In this document: piece by piece, positions 8,324-20,400 of the stretch | Layout: the number at the start of each line of letters is the position of its first letter | How positions within the stretch are numbered: position 1 is the first letter of the stretch | Virus record (IMG/VR): IMGVR_UViG_3300032225_001651 | Location: 1 to 38,234 of that record | Source: a virus | Taxonomy: Duplodnaviria; Caudoviricetes | Length of the DNA stretch: 38,234 nucleotides | Direction: 5' to 3' (one strand) | The notes under the pieces: model-generated | The model's database searches: none | Told to the model about the DNA's origin: nothing | The model's input: only the letters and a program-made list of their open reading frames with translations | Program-made: the position numbers and the translations under genes

Positions 8324-8361
8324 GCCCTCTGTCTCGCCTAGTGTGGGACAGGGGGCTTTCT
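8324..8361 (+). terminator. Hairpin/likely terminator after capsid genes
   Basis: GCCCTCTGTCTCGC / GTGGGACAGGGGGC stem (with G-U pairs) followed by TTTCT. Confidence 0.65.
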
Positions 8362-8366
8362 ACAAA

Positions 8367-8948
8367 ATGACTGTCACTGACATCTGCAATAAAGCCCTTT
8401 CGCACCTTGGCGAGTCCCGAATTGTGGACATCGCAGAACGCACGGTTGCGGCTGAGAAATGCCGTGATGTCTATGACCTTGAGCGAGACGCTTTGTTGCG
8501 CGTGCATCGGTGGAACTTTGCCCGTGACCGCGCTACTTTGTCGGCACTTTCTGCAGCTCCGGCCTTTGGTTGGGCTTTTCAATACACGTTGCCTGCGGAT
8601 TGCCTGCGCGTGCTGGAATTGAACGACAGCACAGATGACACAGCTTATTCAATCGAAGGGCGCAACCTGCTGACGAATGCGACGACAGCCAAGATTGTCT
8701 TCACTCGCCGGATACTCGACCCGAATCAATACGACGTTTTGTTTGTGCAAGCTTTGGCCTTGAAGATGGCGGCGGCACTGGCAAAGACGATCATCAACAG
8801 CACGGAAGAGAAAGGTGCTCTGCTGCAAGAGTTTTCCCGTGTGATGAGTGAAGCGGGCTGGGTGGATGCCGTCGAGAGCAAACCAAAGGTCATCGACCCG
8901 CTGAAAGGTTCACGCTCACTGAAAGCACGAATTACCGCTTACACCTAA
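8367..8948 (+). CDS. Tail tubular protein A (T7 gp11-like adaptor)
   Basis: MTVTDICNKALSHLG...HRWNFA...YTLPADCLRV; ATG at 8367. Confidence 0.9.
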   Translation: MTVTDICNKALSHLGESRIVDIAERTVAAEKCRDVYDLERDALLRVHRWNFARDRATLSALSAAPAFGWAFQYTLPADCLRVLELNDSTDDTAYSIEGRNLLTNATTAKIVFTRRILDPNQYDVLFVQALALKMAAALAKTIINSTEEKGALLQEFSRVMSEAGWVDAVESKPKVIDPLKGSRSLKARITAYT

Positions 8949-8949
8949 T

Positions 8950-11265
8950 ATGCCTCGTATCTCCATCAACGCATTCAACGCGGGCGAAATCTCCCCCGTC
9001 CTAGATTCGCGCACTGATACGGACAAATACAAAAACGCTTGCCGTATCTGCGAAAACTGCGTTCCAAAGATCCAAGGGGGCGCGTTTGGCCGTGCTGGAT
9101 TTGAGTTCATGGGGGCAGCTCGCTACAATGACAAAGGGGCGCGGCTGATTCCGTTCACGTTCAATATCACAACCAACTTCGTTCTTGAGCTTGGTGACTT
9201 ATACATGCGCTTTTGGAGCAATGGGCTTCAGGTGCAAGTCTCCGGCTCGCCTTACCAGATTAACACGCCTTACGCACTGGCTGACTTGTTTACCATCCAG
9301 TTCGCCCAGGTGAACGACGTTATGTATCTGGTAAACGGCACAACGCTTGTGCAAAAGCTCGTCAGACTGAGCGACACAAACTGGACGCTGACGCCTGTAG
9401 ATTGGAAATTTCCGGCGCTGCAAGACGAGAACGTGACGACAACCACGGTTGCTTGTTCGGTCACTACTGGAAGCGGCACTTTGACCGCATCGGCGGCACT
9501 GTTTGACGTGAAACATGTAGGCTCCTATTTCCAGATTGCCCACCGTCGCGACGCTGCGTTTGCTTCCCTTGGGCTAACAGGAGCGGGCAACAGTAGCGAC
9601 GTCCGAATCATCGGGAAGTATGACGTCTTCACGTATGGGAACTGGACAGGCACGGTGAACTTGCAACGCAAGAACGACGCCGGATCATGGGAAACCATAC
9701 GTTCTTGGAACGGCAACAATGATCGAAACATTCAGGCGAGCGGTTCACAAGATGAAGAAGCTATCTTCCGGCTTTCCTATACTGGAACAGGTGGCAGCAC
9801 TCCGCCCCGTGCGGTTCTTGAGCCTGCGGACTCCCGTATCTATGGCGTGGTCAAAGTAACAGGGTTCACCAACTCAACGCATGTCTCTGTTACGGTCATC
9901 AAAGATTTGTGGGCTACGTCGGCAGTTTCCACATGGAGCGAGGGCGCTTGGTCTGACTTTCGCGGGCATCCTCGGACGGTCACTATCGACCAGCAACGTC
10001 TTTGCTTTGGTGGCACTGCTTACCAGCCCTTGAACATTTGGGGTTCTGTCATTGGTGACTTTGAGAACTTCAAACGCACCACGTTAGCCGATGCGTCTTA
10101 TGCTTTCCAGATTGCCTCGCCTAAAGGCAATTCGATTGTGTGGATCACGTCGCAGACTCGTTTCATGGTGGGCACTCAAGGCGATGAATGGTTGATTGAC
10201 GCCACAGGGGGCAGCACAAGCAGCGGTAGCGGTGGAACGATCATCACAAGCGGCAACGTCAATGTGCAGCTTCAGACAAGCTTTGGCAGCGCCTACATTC
10301 AGCCAGTGCAGGCGAATGATACCATGATGTTTGTGCAGCGTGGACGGAAGCGCCTACGTGAATTTGTTTTCCAATATGAACGCCAAGCTTTTGGCGCTCC
10401 TGACTTGAATCTATTGGCCGCTCACATGCTGGACAATACAGGGGTGAAACAAATTGCCTTTGCGAGCAATCCTGACCCCGTGGTCTGGATCGTGACAGAA
10501 GACGGGCGCTTGCTCTCCATGACCTTTGAACGTGACCAGAACGTTGTTGGCTGGTCCCGCCATACGACTGACGGCACGGTTGAAAGTGTTGCAGTGATAC
10601 CTGGGGGCACGTCGCTTGCTGACGAAGTATGGATTACGACAAAACGAACCGTTATCAGCGGTGACACGACGCTAACCAAGCGATATATCGAGCGTCTAGA
10701 CCCTGCGAAGTGGCAGAAGCTCGAAGGCTCCGACATCAAACACATGATCTATCTGGACTGTGCGAAGGTAACAACGCTCGGCAGTCCAAGCGTTACGGTC
10801 ACAGGGCTAGACCATCTGGAAGGGCGCGAAGTGGGAATCCTTGCCGATGGCTTCAACCATCCGCGGCGAACGGTGCGAAGTGGCACGATCGTGTTGCAGC
10901 AAGAGGCAACGGTTGTTGTGGTTGGGCTGCCGTTCGTGCCACGCATTCAGCCCACCAAGCTGGATATTCCGATGCAGGACGGCACAGCACAAGGGCGCAA
11001 ATTCAAGACGCACCGCGCCACGCTTCGTTTCTGGAAAACGATTGGTTGCGAGTATTCGGACTCTCCAACGTCCGCTTTCTATGACGTGCCATTCCGCAAC
11101 GCTACAACAGAAGTCGAAACACAAGAGGCGCTGTTCACCGGACAACGCGAAGTGTTCCTTAACTCCATTCATCGAGACGCTATGGATATGACGTTGCAGC
11201 AAGTCGCGCCGTTACCCTTCCACGTTCTTGCAATGTCTCCCGTCTTCTCTGTCACAGGCCAATGA
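8950..11265 (+). CDS. Tail tubular protein B (T7 gp12-like nozzle)
   Basis: 771 aa; FNAGEISP, QQRLCFGG, IWGSVIGDFENF, VVGWSRHTTDG, GLDHLEG motifs. Confidence 0.9.
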   Translation: MPRISINAFNAGEISPVLDSRTDTDKYKNACRICENCVPKIQGGAFGRAGFEFMGAARYNDKGARLIPFTFNITTNFVLELGDLYMRFWSNGLQVQVSGSPYQINTPYALADLFTIQFAQVNDVMYLVNGTTLVQKLVRLSDTNWTLTPVDWKFPALQDENVTTTTVACSVTTGSGTLTASAALFDVKHVGSYFQIAHRRDAAFASLGLTGAGNSSDVRIIGKYDVFTYGNWTGTVNLQRKNDAGSWETIRSWNGNNDRNIQASGSQDEEAIFRLSYTGTGGSTPPRAVLEPADSRIYGVVKVTGFTNSTHVSVTVIKDLWATSAVSTWSEGAWSDFRGHPRTVTIDQQRLCFGGTAYQPLNIWGSVIGDFENFKRTTLADASYAFQIASPKGNSIVWITSQTRFMVGTQGDEWLIDATGGSTSSGSGGTIITSGNVNVQLQTSFGSAYIQPVQANDTMMFVQRGRKRLREFVFQYERQAFGAPDLNLLAAHMLDNTGVKQIAFASNPDPVVWIVTEDGRLLSMTFERDQNVVGWSRHTTDGTVESVAVIPGGTSLADEVWITTKRTVISGDTTLTKRYIERLDPAKWQKLEGSDIKHMIYLDCAKVTTLGSPSVTVTGLDHLEGREVGILADGFNHPRRTVRSGTIVLQQEATVVVVGLPFVPRIQPTKLDIPMQDGTAQGRKFKTHRATLRFWKTIGCEYSDSPTSAFYDVPFRNATTEVETQEALFTGQREVFLNSIHRDAMDMTLQQVAPLPFHVLAMSPVFSVTGQ

Positions 11266-11687
11266 ATACGGTTCCTCCACTCTACCAAGTCCGCAAATAT
11301 CAAGGCGGCCCAGACTTCCACCTTGTCAACGAATGGTGGTCAAAGCGCATGGATAAAGACTTCCCTGAAACGCTGCTGCCTCCAGACGGTTTCATTGTGG
11401 AACGTGACGGCGAGCCAGTGTGTGCGGGCTGGGTTTATCTCTCCTGCGGAATCGGCGTTGCGTTCGTCGAGTGGATTGTTTCACGTCCGGGTGAACCTAT
11501 GCCAGCGATGCGAGAAGCGTTTGGCTGTCTGATTGACTTTATGAAAGCCTATCTTCGTGAGAGTGATTACGGCTGCATGTGGATCAACACGCTGAAAAGC
11601 ATTTCCAGAGTCGCTGAAGGCATGGGCTTTGAGGTCATGGAAAAGGAACGTGTCGCCATGCTCACATCAACCAATCAAGATACTTAG
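11262..11687 (+). CDS. GNAT-fold-like protein (T7 gp13 position)
   Basis: LLPPDGFIVERDGEPVCAGWVY...AEGMGF pattern; between nozzle and internal virion genes. Confidence 0.6.
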   Translation: MNTVPPLYQVRKYQGGPDFHLVNEWWSKRMDKDFPETLLPPDGFIVERDGEPVCAGWVYLSCGIGVAFVEWIVSRPGEPMPAMREAFGCLIDFMKAYLRESDYGCMWINTLKSISRVAEGMGFEVMEKERVAMLTSTNQDT

Positions 11688-11690
11688 GAT

Positions 11691-12503
11691 ATGGGAATCG
11701 AAACCATCGTAGGACTTGCACTTGCCGCCGTTGGCACGGGGGTTAGTGCGTATGGACAGCATCAAGCGGCTAAGTCACAAGCCAGCATTGCAAACTATAA
11801 CTTCGCGGCTCAACAGCAAAACGCGATGATGCAGCAGCAGGCGGCGAACATGCAAGCGGCGGCGTTGCAGAAACAAGCCAGCTATGCAGACGCGCAAGCG
11901 AGCATCAACAATGCACTGGCTCAAAGCGAAGCACAGGCGCGGCTAAACAATGCCGATTCCATGCGCTCAAGCGCAGAGGCACAGGCGGCGGCGGATCGTC
12001 AGAACATCATCAGCAAACAGAAAGACTTTGAACGGTTCACGGCAGAACAGCGTGCGGCTATCGGTGCCTCCGGCGTGGTTGAATCCGGTTCACCCTTGGA
12101 TGCGCTCGCAGAAAGTGCGGGGAACATGCAAGCCAGCTTGAACGAGTCTCACTACCAAAGCGAAATCACACGACGCAAGACTTTGGGGCAGGCTGGTCTT
12201 GAGGAGTTCGGTGGGAAGCTGGCACAGGCAGGCGCAACAGCACAGTTAGGAGCAGGCAAGGCACAAGCTGATATGTTGCGAACGAACGCCAGTCTTGAGG
12301 CCCTGAAAGGCGCTTCTGCCTATCGCTCCGGCATGGAAGAAGCAAACATTGGCCTTATGTCCGGCCTGGCCCAAAGTCGCGGCTCTCAACTTGGATCTTA
12401 TGCGACGCTAGCCAGTGGCGCGGCTGGTATGGCGAACCAGTGGAATTCATGGCGCTATTCTGGCGCGATTGGTGGCGGATCGGGTTACAAAACGACTTAC
12501 TAA
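11691..12503 (+). CDS. Internal virion protein (gp14-like)
   Basis: Hydrophobic N-terminus, Ala/Gln-rich helices, QRAAIGASGV..SGSPLD motif. Confidence 0.8.
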   Translation: MGIETIVGLALAAVGTGVSAYGQHQAAKSQASIANYNFAAQQQNAMMQQQAANMQAAALQKQASYADAQASINNALAQSEAQARLNNADSMRSSAEAQAAADRQNIISKQKDFERFTAEQRAAIGASGVVESGSPLDALAESAGNMQASLNESHYQSEITRRKTLGQAGLEEFGGKLAQAGATAQLGAGKAQADMLRTNASLEALKGASAYRSGMEEANIGLMSGLAQSRGSQLGSYATLASGAAGMANQWNSWRYSGAIGGGSGYKTTY

Positions 12504-12504
12504 C

Positions 12505-14499
12505 ATGCCTGAAATCCCTTTATTTCTTCAAGGTCAACAAGTCCAGACACGTGGGCCGGGTGGCTTGATGCCGATGGACACGGAACGACGCCCACGGGTG
12601 GACTACTCCGGCTTGAGTGCGGCGGCTGGGCAAGGTGGGCAAATCGGCGCGCAAGCCGTGCTTGCTGGGCAGCATCCCTTGGCTAATGACTCCGGCGCTC
12701 GCGCTATCGAGCAAGGCACGATGCAAGTAGGGGGCGCGATTGGGCAAGTCGGCCAAGTCTTCAGCACGCTCGCGGATAAGGTGCAACAAGCGAAGAACAT
12801 TGCCGACGTAGCCGACTCAGAAAACAAGATGCAGGCGGCTCTTGCTGAGCATGAAGCATGGAAACAACAGAACCCTGACCCGTCCGGCTGGATGCCTCAC
12901 CTACAGGAAACGCTGAAGAGTGCGCAACAGAACATCTTGAGCAATGACCAGCTTTCACCGATGGCAAAAGACCATTTGGCGCTGTCCTTTGCAAAGACAG
13001 GCGGCGAGGCTACCAATCAAACCATGGTGCAAGCGGCCAAGGGGCAGTTTGATCGCGCACGCTCAAGCTTAATGGCGCAAGCTGAATTAGCGGCTGATTC
13101 AGGCGATTTTACAGGCGCTAAAGGTATCGTTGCTAAAATGGTCGCGGACGATTACTTGCCAACGGATCAAGGGGTAAACGTAAGTTTCAGACTTCGCGAC
13201 AAATCCAAAGAGTTTTATCATGCTCAACTTGAAATCGCGGCGGCAAACAAAGATGAGGCGGGCGCGCAAACCATCCTTGATGCTGGGCAGGCGCATGGAG
13301 TATTCAAGCCTTATGAAGCAGAGTTACAGAAAGTGACGACTGTTCGCAAGATCGCACAGAACAAGCTTCGCGATGACTGGACGGCGGCGATTGTTAAAGA
13401 TCCCGCTGAAGCATCAAAGCAACTCGCGGCCCGTGATGATGAGGGTAACTTCACGACGGCACCGGATTTGTCGCCAGAACTGCGAGATAGCTTATTGCAG
13501 AACGGAAAGCGGATGATTCAGACTTACCGAGTCGATGAAGCGGAAGAGCTAGATAACAAGATACAAAGCGGCGAAATCACCAAGCTGTCAGAACTGGAAG
13601 ATCACTTTAACAGCCGCAAAACCCACCTTCCGTTGTCCACTAAACAACAGTTCATCCACCGCATGAAGCAGGGGTTGCCGAATGATCCCGTCGCTTATAC
13701 GGGCATGTTTGGCGAGATTGCAGGGCTGGACTACAACAAAGAAGACCCAGACGCTTTGATGAAAGTGGCAGCGGCCAAAGAGAAGATCATCAATAACTTT
13801 CAAGGGCCATACCGTGCCACGCTGGAAGCGCATCTTGCGGACTCTGAGAAGATGGCTCAAGAAAATGCGCCAAAGCTGAAACTGACACGCGGCTTGGAAA
13901 AGTTAATGTCGGTTGATTTCGACGCTGGCGCGTTCAATCCGAATAATGAACCAACTCTCAAACCGATTGGTAATGCTGGAGAGCTTGACGCTCAACACAA
14001 GTCACTCATTGAGGATCAAATCACGCGGCCTGACGAACTGAAAACCAAGTTTGACGCCTTGGTGAAGGGTGACACTGCATTGCTTCCTAAGCCCAAGGAA
14101 GGCGCTGCCATTGTGGCAAATCGCAAATTTGGAGACTCGGCTAAATCGTTCCTTGGCTATACAACCTTTCCTGAGAAGCCGACACCTACAGAACTACGCA
14201 AAATTGCGAAGTGGGTTCTTAACAATGAAACTTTCGCAAGCACGGGCGGAAATCTTATGGTGAAAGATTTGTCCGTTCAACGTGCTGCCGTGCAACGCAT
14301 GGATGACGAACGGGCAGCCATGCAACAATGGATAAGCTCGCAACCAGCGGGAACTATTACCATGCAAGATGTGCTGAAAAAATACAACGCGGATATGCAC
14401 CATGAAAAGGATGCTGCCGCGCAAGACTTCCTCAAGGCTAAAGCATCGCCCTTCAACGGCACAAACGCTCTCTTCGGCTTCGGCCCTGACTCCCCATGA
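12505..14499 (+). CDS. Internal virion protein (gp15-like)
   Basis: ATG at 12505 right after the previous stop; MPEIP start, helical, synteny. Confidence 0.75.
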   Translation: MPEIPLFLQGQQVQTRGPGGLMPMDTERRPRVDYSGLSAAAGQGGQIGAQAVLAGQHPLANDSGARAIEQGTMQVGGAIGQVGQVFSTLADKVQQAKNIADVADSENKMQAALAEHEAWKQQNPDPSGWMPHLQETLKSAQQNILSNDQLSPMAKDHLALSFAKTGGEATNQTMVQAAKGQFDRARSSLMAQAELAADSGDFTGAKGIVAKMVADDYLPTDQGVNVSFRLRDKSKEFYHAQLEIAAANKDEAGAQTILDAGQAHGVFKPYEAELQKVTTVRKIAQNKLRDDWTAAIVKDPAEASKQLAARDDEGNFTTAPDLSPELRDSLLQNGKRMIQTYRVDEAEELDNKIQSGEITKLSELEDHFNSRKTHLPLSTKQQFIHRMKQGLPNDPVAYTGMFGEIAGLDYNKEDPDALMKVAAAKEKIINNFQGPYRATLEAHLADSEKMAQENAPKLKLTRGLEKLMSVDFDAGAFNPNNEPTLKPIGNAGELDAQHKSLIEDQITRPDELKTKFDALVKGDTALLPKPKEGAAIVANRKFGDSAKSFLGYTTFPEKPTPTELRKIAKWVLNNETFASTGGNLMVKDLSVQRAAVQRMDDERAAMQQWISSQPAGTITMQDVLKKYNADMHHEKDAAAQDFLKAKASPFNGTNALFGFGPDSP

Positions 14500-17400
14500 T
14501 TGACCCAAACGAACCACAAGCGCCCATTGAGAACGGGGATAATCTCCCGTTGCCCGTTGACTTGGTAGCGGCTCAAAACATCCGCTCGTTTTACACAAAA
14601 CCAAACTATGGTTTCAATGAAGGCGATATTGCCAGCTTTAATGATCTCACTTCCCACGTTCAAAACCCTGAACAGGACAGGGCGCGATTCTTCAACAATC
14701 AGTTCCTGGCACAGCACACAGGCAAAGATGCCAGTGAAATAGCGGCTTCCTCAGATTCATGGCAGAATGCCTATGCAAAGCAGAATTGGGGCAAGGATGC
14801 CGTCACGCCTAAAGAGTTCTTCGACCACAAAAAAGCAGACTACGAACTAGATGACAGCCTGTTCAAGCACGCTTCAGACGCGGCATTGCTCGGCACTCCG
14901 CCTGCGCAAGCTTACGGCGAATGGCAGACAGCGAACGAAGCGCATCCCTCGCTGAATACCCCGCTTTTTGCAGATTCGCACCGTGCCTATGATGCGGCCT
15001 TTAAACGCACGGAAGCGGTAGTTGCTCCCTATCGTTCGGAAATCCTCGGCGCTCTGGCTGAAGCTGACAGCCCCATGAGCGCGGCGGAACGTCTTGCCAA
15101 GCTGCCAAAGGACGTTCAACCCGCGGCCTTGCAGATGATGGCGGCACTTGCTCAAGCCAATGCGGGCAAGGGTGGGGAAGGACTCGCGGAAGGCACGGCG
15201 GGCCATTTGATACGGGGCGCAAAGGGCGTGGTGAATGCCTTGGGCACAGGACCGGAACGCATAGGCCTCTTTCATGCTCAAGACGTGCTCTCGCTCGATA
15301 ACGTCTCTGTTCCTGAGAACGTCGGCACTGACCCTAAAGCAGTCGCGTCATTTTTCCAGAATCAAGGCATGACGGGAGACGCGCAATCTTCCATGTCCGG
15401 CTTGCTCACTGGTTACACCAAGCTTTCGCCTGAACGAATCAGCGCGGCTCGCGAACAGGTAGACCAAGGGCTTTCTACAATGCGGATGGCGCAACAGATA
15501 AAGGAGATGGATGAAGGCATCATCAATCCTCTGGTTGCTAAGAACTTTGCACAAACGGCAGCGTATGGGCTGGCTGACTTCAGCCCATGGATCGCGTTAG
15601 GCGCGGCGGCTCCAACGGCTACGCTGCCCGTTCTCACGGCCTCGTTGAAAGAAGATCAGTATCAGAACTTCCTTCGTCAGAACCCCGGCATGGACGAACG
15701 CACGGCAGATGCTCTTTCGACCGCCTCGGCTATTCCATCGGCGCTAGCAATGGAATTCGGCAGCGTCGCCGTGATGAAAGGTGTTCCAACACTGGCAGCA
15801 ACCATGCCTTCGCTGGCTCGCTGGCTGAATCAACCTGTATTGACCGCTTCGGCTGGGCTGGTAAAGACGGCGCAAGATACCGCGATACACTCTTTGGGCG
15901 GATTTGTTGGCATGAAAGCAAGCGAAGCTATGCCTACCATTGTTCAAGGTTTGGCTTCTGCTCTATCTGAGGATGTCCCTGAAGTGAAATGGGATGAGAG
16001 AATAGCAGAATTTAAGAAAATCCAAACCAACGGGGAAATGCTTGTTCCGGTGGTGCTCATGTCGCTTATCAGCGCCGGCCATGCGAGTTTCCAGCAAGTA
16101 GGACACTTTAAAGAAATGGCGAGCAATGCCGATGCTTTGCGCGCCGTGGGTGGATTCGATGAAAGCCAAGTGAACAAAATCACGCTGGCAGCGAGCAAGG
16201 GTGACTTGCAAGGCGCTCAAGACCTCATGCGCGAAGGCTTCAAGGCTACGGGGCTGGATCAAAAGGAGCTGGGCGCACAGCAACAAGTCCTCGCGAAGAA
16301 CTACGCCGATTTGATGGAGCAACGCAAAGCAGGCATCGAACATCTCCAGAACACGGGCGCGGCTCCTATCTTCCAAGCAAACGAAGACGGAAGCGCAAGC
16401 CTTACATTCAAAGACGGCACGAAGGCCAGCTATCCAGACAGGCAAAGCGCAACGGACGCGCTTTATAACCATATCGAACAGCAAAAGGTAAACTTGCTCT
16501 CAAGTGTGCGCGAACATGGGGCGCGAATGCTGGCGAGCGTTCCGGCTGGGGAAGAATACGCGCTCAACTATCATCCTGAGAACAGGACGAATATCAACGT
16601 CGAGAACGACGCGGCTGAAAAAGCAGTCCAGAAAGCGACGGCGGATGGATTGGACGAAGCGGGCATTGAAGCTGCGCGGGTCGCTGCCATTGAGAAAGTG
16701 AAAGCTTCGATTCAAGAGCGTGCCGACATCGGAAAGCGTCTTGGGGAAGAGGACAAGAACAACCAAGCGGGTTACGATCAAACCAAAGCCCTCGTCGATG
16801 CAACGGCGCAAGATAGCGACTCGCGGGATGTGGCTTATCAGATTCTTGGCGCGAATCGCTCTGAACTGAATGGGGAAGTGATGCGGCACACGCTAGACTT
16901 CTACAACGGTCACTCGGTTCTTACGTCGGCGGAAGAATTCGCAGAACGGGCGGCATCTCGCATGGTCGCTGATCCAAAACAACGCGCTTGGCTGCATAAT
17001 GCCTTGCGTGAAATCGAAGCACGCTCTCAAGCTCTCGGCGCTCCGTTGGAACTGCTCGGCGCGAAAGATGACGCACAAGTCACCGATGCAGATTTAAAAG
17101 AGGGTTGGTCGCACTTGGTAGCCAGTGAGTTTATCAACCAAGCTGGCACAGATTCACGACTCAAAGCAGGCGCTAAAGATGTGGCAGCGATTCAAGCACA
17201 CATTGCCAGAGTCAGGCAAGCGATTGACGAAAGCAAGGCATCGCCCGCGATGGTCGCAACGGCTCACTTCTTTGATTCGTTTATGAAACGGGCGGAAGTG
17301 CTGAAACAGCTTGCTGACTCCGGCCAATTACCTGACGACGTTCACGGGATGCTGGCGAAGTCGCTGGGCCTTGATGAACAGCACTTGCACGAACAAAGCG

Positions 17401-20400
17401 CGATAAAGGAAGCCGAAAAGCTCAAGCAAGAGATGGCGGCGAAGGGCTTAGAGTTGAGCGGGGAAGATGCGCCGTTCAGCATGGTTGACGCAAAGGTAAT
17501 TCAGGGGTATCTTGAACTTAATGATATTCCGCTCGAAAAACAGGAAGGCGCAAAAAAAGCTATTAGCAAAGCGCAAAAAGCTTCTAGCAAACCCTACAGT
17601 TTATCATTACCCGAAACCAGAGGAGTGGATAGGGGAATCATCAACAGCGCCCGAGAACGTCAAGCAGACGCTTATCGTAGATTAGTTCTTGGAGACACTG
17701 AGGGAACACGCAAAAACATTGCTGAAGGTGTCCCAATGTCTTCATTGATGGGGCAATTTATAGGGCGCGAAATTCCCAACTTTGATATTCGCGGGGCAGT
17801 AATTGATACCCCTAAAGATTTAGCCCTGCATATTTTGGCGCATCGAACGCCTTATTTTGAGTCACTGAAAGTCATTGTATTAGATGACAATTCACAGGTA
17901 ATTCACTCTCAGATTGTTCATGTTGGTTCTCTAAATGAAGCTGTGGCTAGTCCGCAGAACATATTAGGCATTGTAGATGCGGCAAAGATGCTAAACCCTG
18001 ACGTTCCTGTAGGTGGGTTTATGATTTCTCATAATCATCCTTCAGGTGATCCAAGTCCAAGTGATGCAGATAGGAGAGTGACTAAATTGCTTGAGTCAGC
18101 TTCTCAGATGTTAAATATCCCTTTCGTGGATCATGTTATCACCAATGGGAAAACTTATTTTTCATTCAGAGAATCCCTTTTAATGGTTGGAAATGGAGAA
18201 TTTACAGAAAATGGCAAACTCCGACTGTCTGAAATTAAACCGTCCCACAAATTTGGGGATTTGGCCGATTTTGAGGCAATCCCAATGGATGAACGTAAAA
18301 AACTAAGTCAGCCAGACCATTCAAAATCAATCATTGATACGCTACGGACTACAGACCCGAACCAAATCCATGCCTTGCACTTAGATACTAGGCTAAATTT
18401 AATTGGTGTTACAAGGCACGAACTGGAAACCAACAAAGTTAATTCAGTTAGCCAAATTCTTGATAATACCAGAAAAATGGGTGCCTACGGTTTTATTGTT
18501 TCATTTCCTGAAAACGTAAGTAATGAAAATGCAGGAAGCTACATCTCAAGATTAAGAGATGGGGCAAAACTACTTGAGACAAAGTTCTTGGATGCTTCAA
18601 CAAAAGAGATGCATTCCCGCGTTGAATTTGGCTTGATGGAAGATTCTAAACCATTTGCGCAAGCTGAAAGCTACTCACTAGCTCCTCACAATCTCGATTC
18701 CTCCTTTGCAGGCATTTACGACGCTTTCAAGCGCTCGCCAGATTTGCGGCGTAACATTGGGCTAGAGGTAGCTCGGAAGCTATCGGCTCGGCTGAATGGA
18801 ACGGATGGAAGCGAAGGGCTGCACGATCTCGTTGCCGCGTCTCGCTCTCGTTCGGATCTTCAAAAAGAATCCGGCGTGCGTCAAGCTCTCCGCGAGCGTG
18901 AACTTGTAGACGAGGGCATGAGCAAGCTAACACCGGAAACGATGGCGGCTTTTCATTCTGATTCCGCGATTGCCGATGCGAGGAAACAACCAGTTATCGA
19001 AAACCTCATTCGTCCCGATGCCAACGCGATAGCAGGCGTGAAGGGTCGCATGATGCACCCGTCTAGAGCGGAATTGACCTTAAAGGGTGAATACGAAGAC
19101 GCACCGGAAGGCTTGCCCCCGTGGTTTTGGGGTGGCAACCTCAAGCCGGATCAAGCGGCACAAGAGCTATTCGAGCAAGGTTTGATTCCAGATGCTTACC
19201 CTTCGACCATGTGGGCGGCGGTTGAATCCGCGTTTAAGACAGCAAACGCCAATAAAGCGGACATCCGCAAGGCTCAAGATGCCGTCAAAGGCGTAGAACG
19301 CACAGCCAAGACACAGGCTCGCGATGAATCGAAGGCTTGGTTTGATAAGGCGGTGAAAGACCAGCCAAGCAACAAGCAAAAGCTTCTCGGCTGGCTTCGC
19401 ACGCTGGACGCTCTCACCTCGGCTTTGCCTCCAGAAGTGCGCGCCAAAGTCGGCGGCTACACAAAGCTAGCCAGTCTCACCACGGATGAAGCGCGCTTAA
19501 AGGAAATCGTGCGCCGTTCGGAAAAGATGCAGGTCGAGCTTGAGAAGTATCTCCAAAATGAATTTAGAGGGCAAATTGACGATTTGCTAGACAAGGCCAG
19601 CTCAGAGAAAAATGGGGCAGGCGTTCGCATTTCAAAGAAATTCACGGCAGAAGGGCAACACTATTTTGATGAAGCTAAAAGGGTTTCTGACATGTCGCCC
19701 ACTGAACTTAGCGCCCATCAGGAGAAACTCGAAAACGATCTTGATACGCTTTCGCAAGGGAATGTTGATCCAGATTTACAAGATCGCTTGCTACAGGAAA
19801 TCGGTATTGCCTCGGTTTATGGTAACTTGGACAGTAAAGATGCTGAAGGGTTAGCCAATGCTCATGCGGAATTACAAAAAGCTTATGAAGAAGAGCGGGG
19901 GATTAGGCAATCAAAAGACACGGCGCGTAAAAACTATCTAAAAAGCATTGCTGATAATGCGATTGAAAAGCTGGGTAACTTGAGAAAGATTGAAGCAGTT
20001 GACCTGCACAATGCAAAAACCAAGCGGAAAAAAGGAGCTGCCACGCTAACAAATGCCTTCAACAGCTTAGTGGATGGCACGCTGTCCACCACACATGACA
20101 TTCTTTCCCGTGTGCTTGGTGTCGATGCTGAAGCAACCAAAGAATTTGGTGACATCCAACAACGGCGCGCAAACCACAAAGCCAAAGAAATTGAGATTGA
20201 GCTAACAAAATCTTGGGAGGATCATCTAACTAAGCTCTATGGCGGTGGTGTAACAGCGCGTTACAGGTGGATTTCCAAGCTTGCAGCCTTACGGCAAACG
20301 GAAGAAAAGACGGGTGTTTTTGTTCAAAGTGGACGCAAAATCGAAACCAAGCCCGTAGATATAGAGCGGGCGCGTGAAGTCGTAGCTTCTGGCGATGGAA

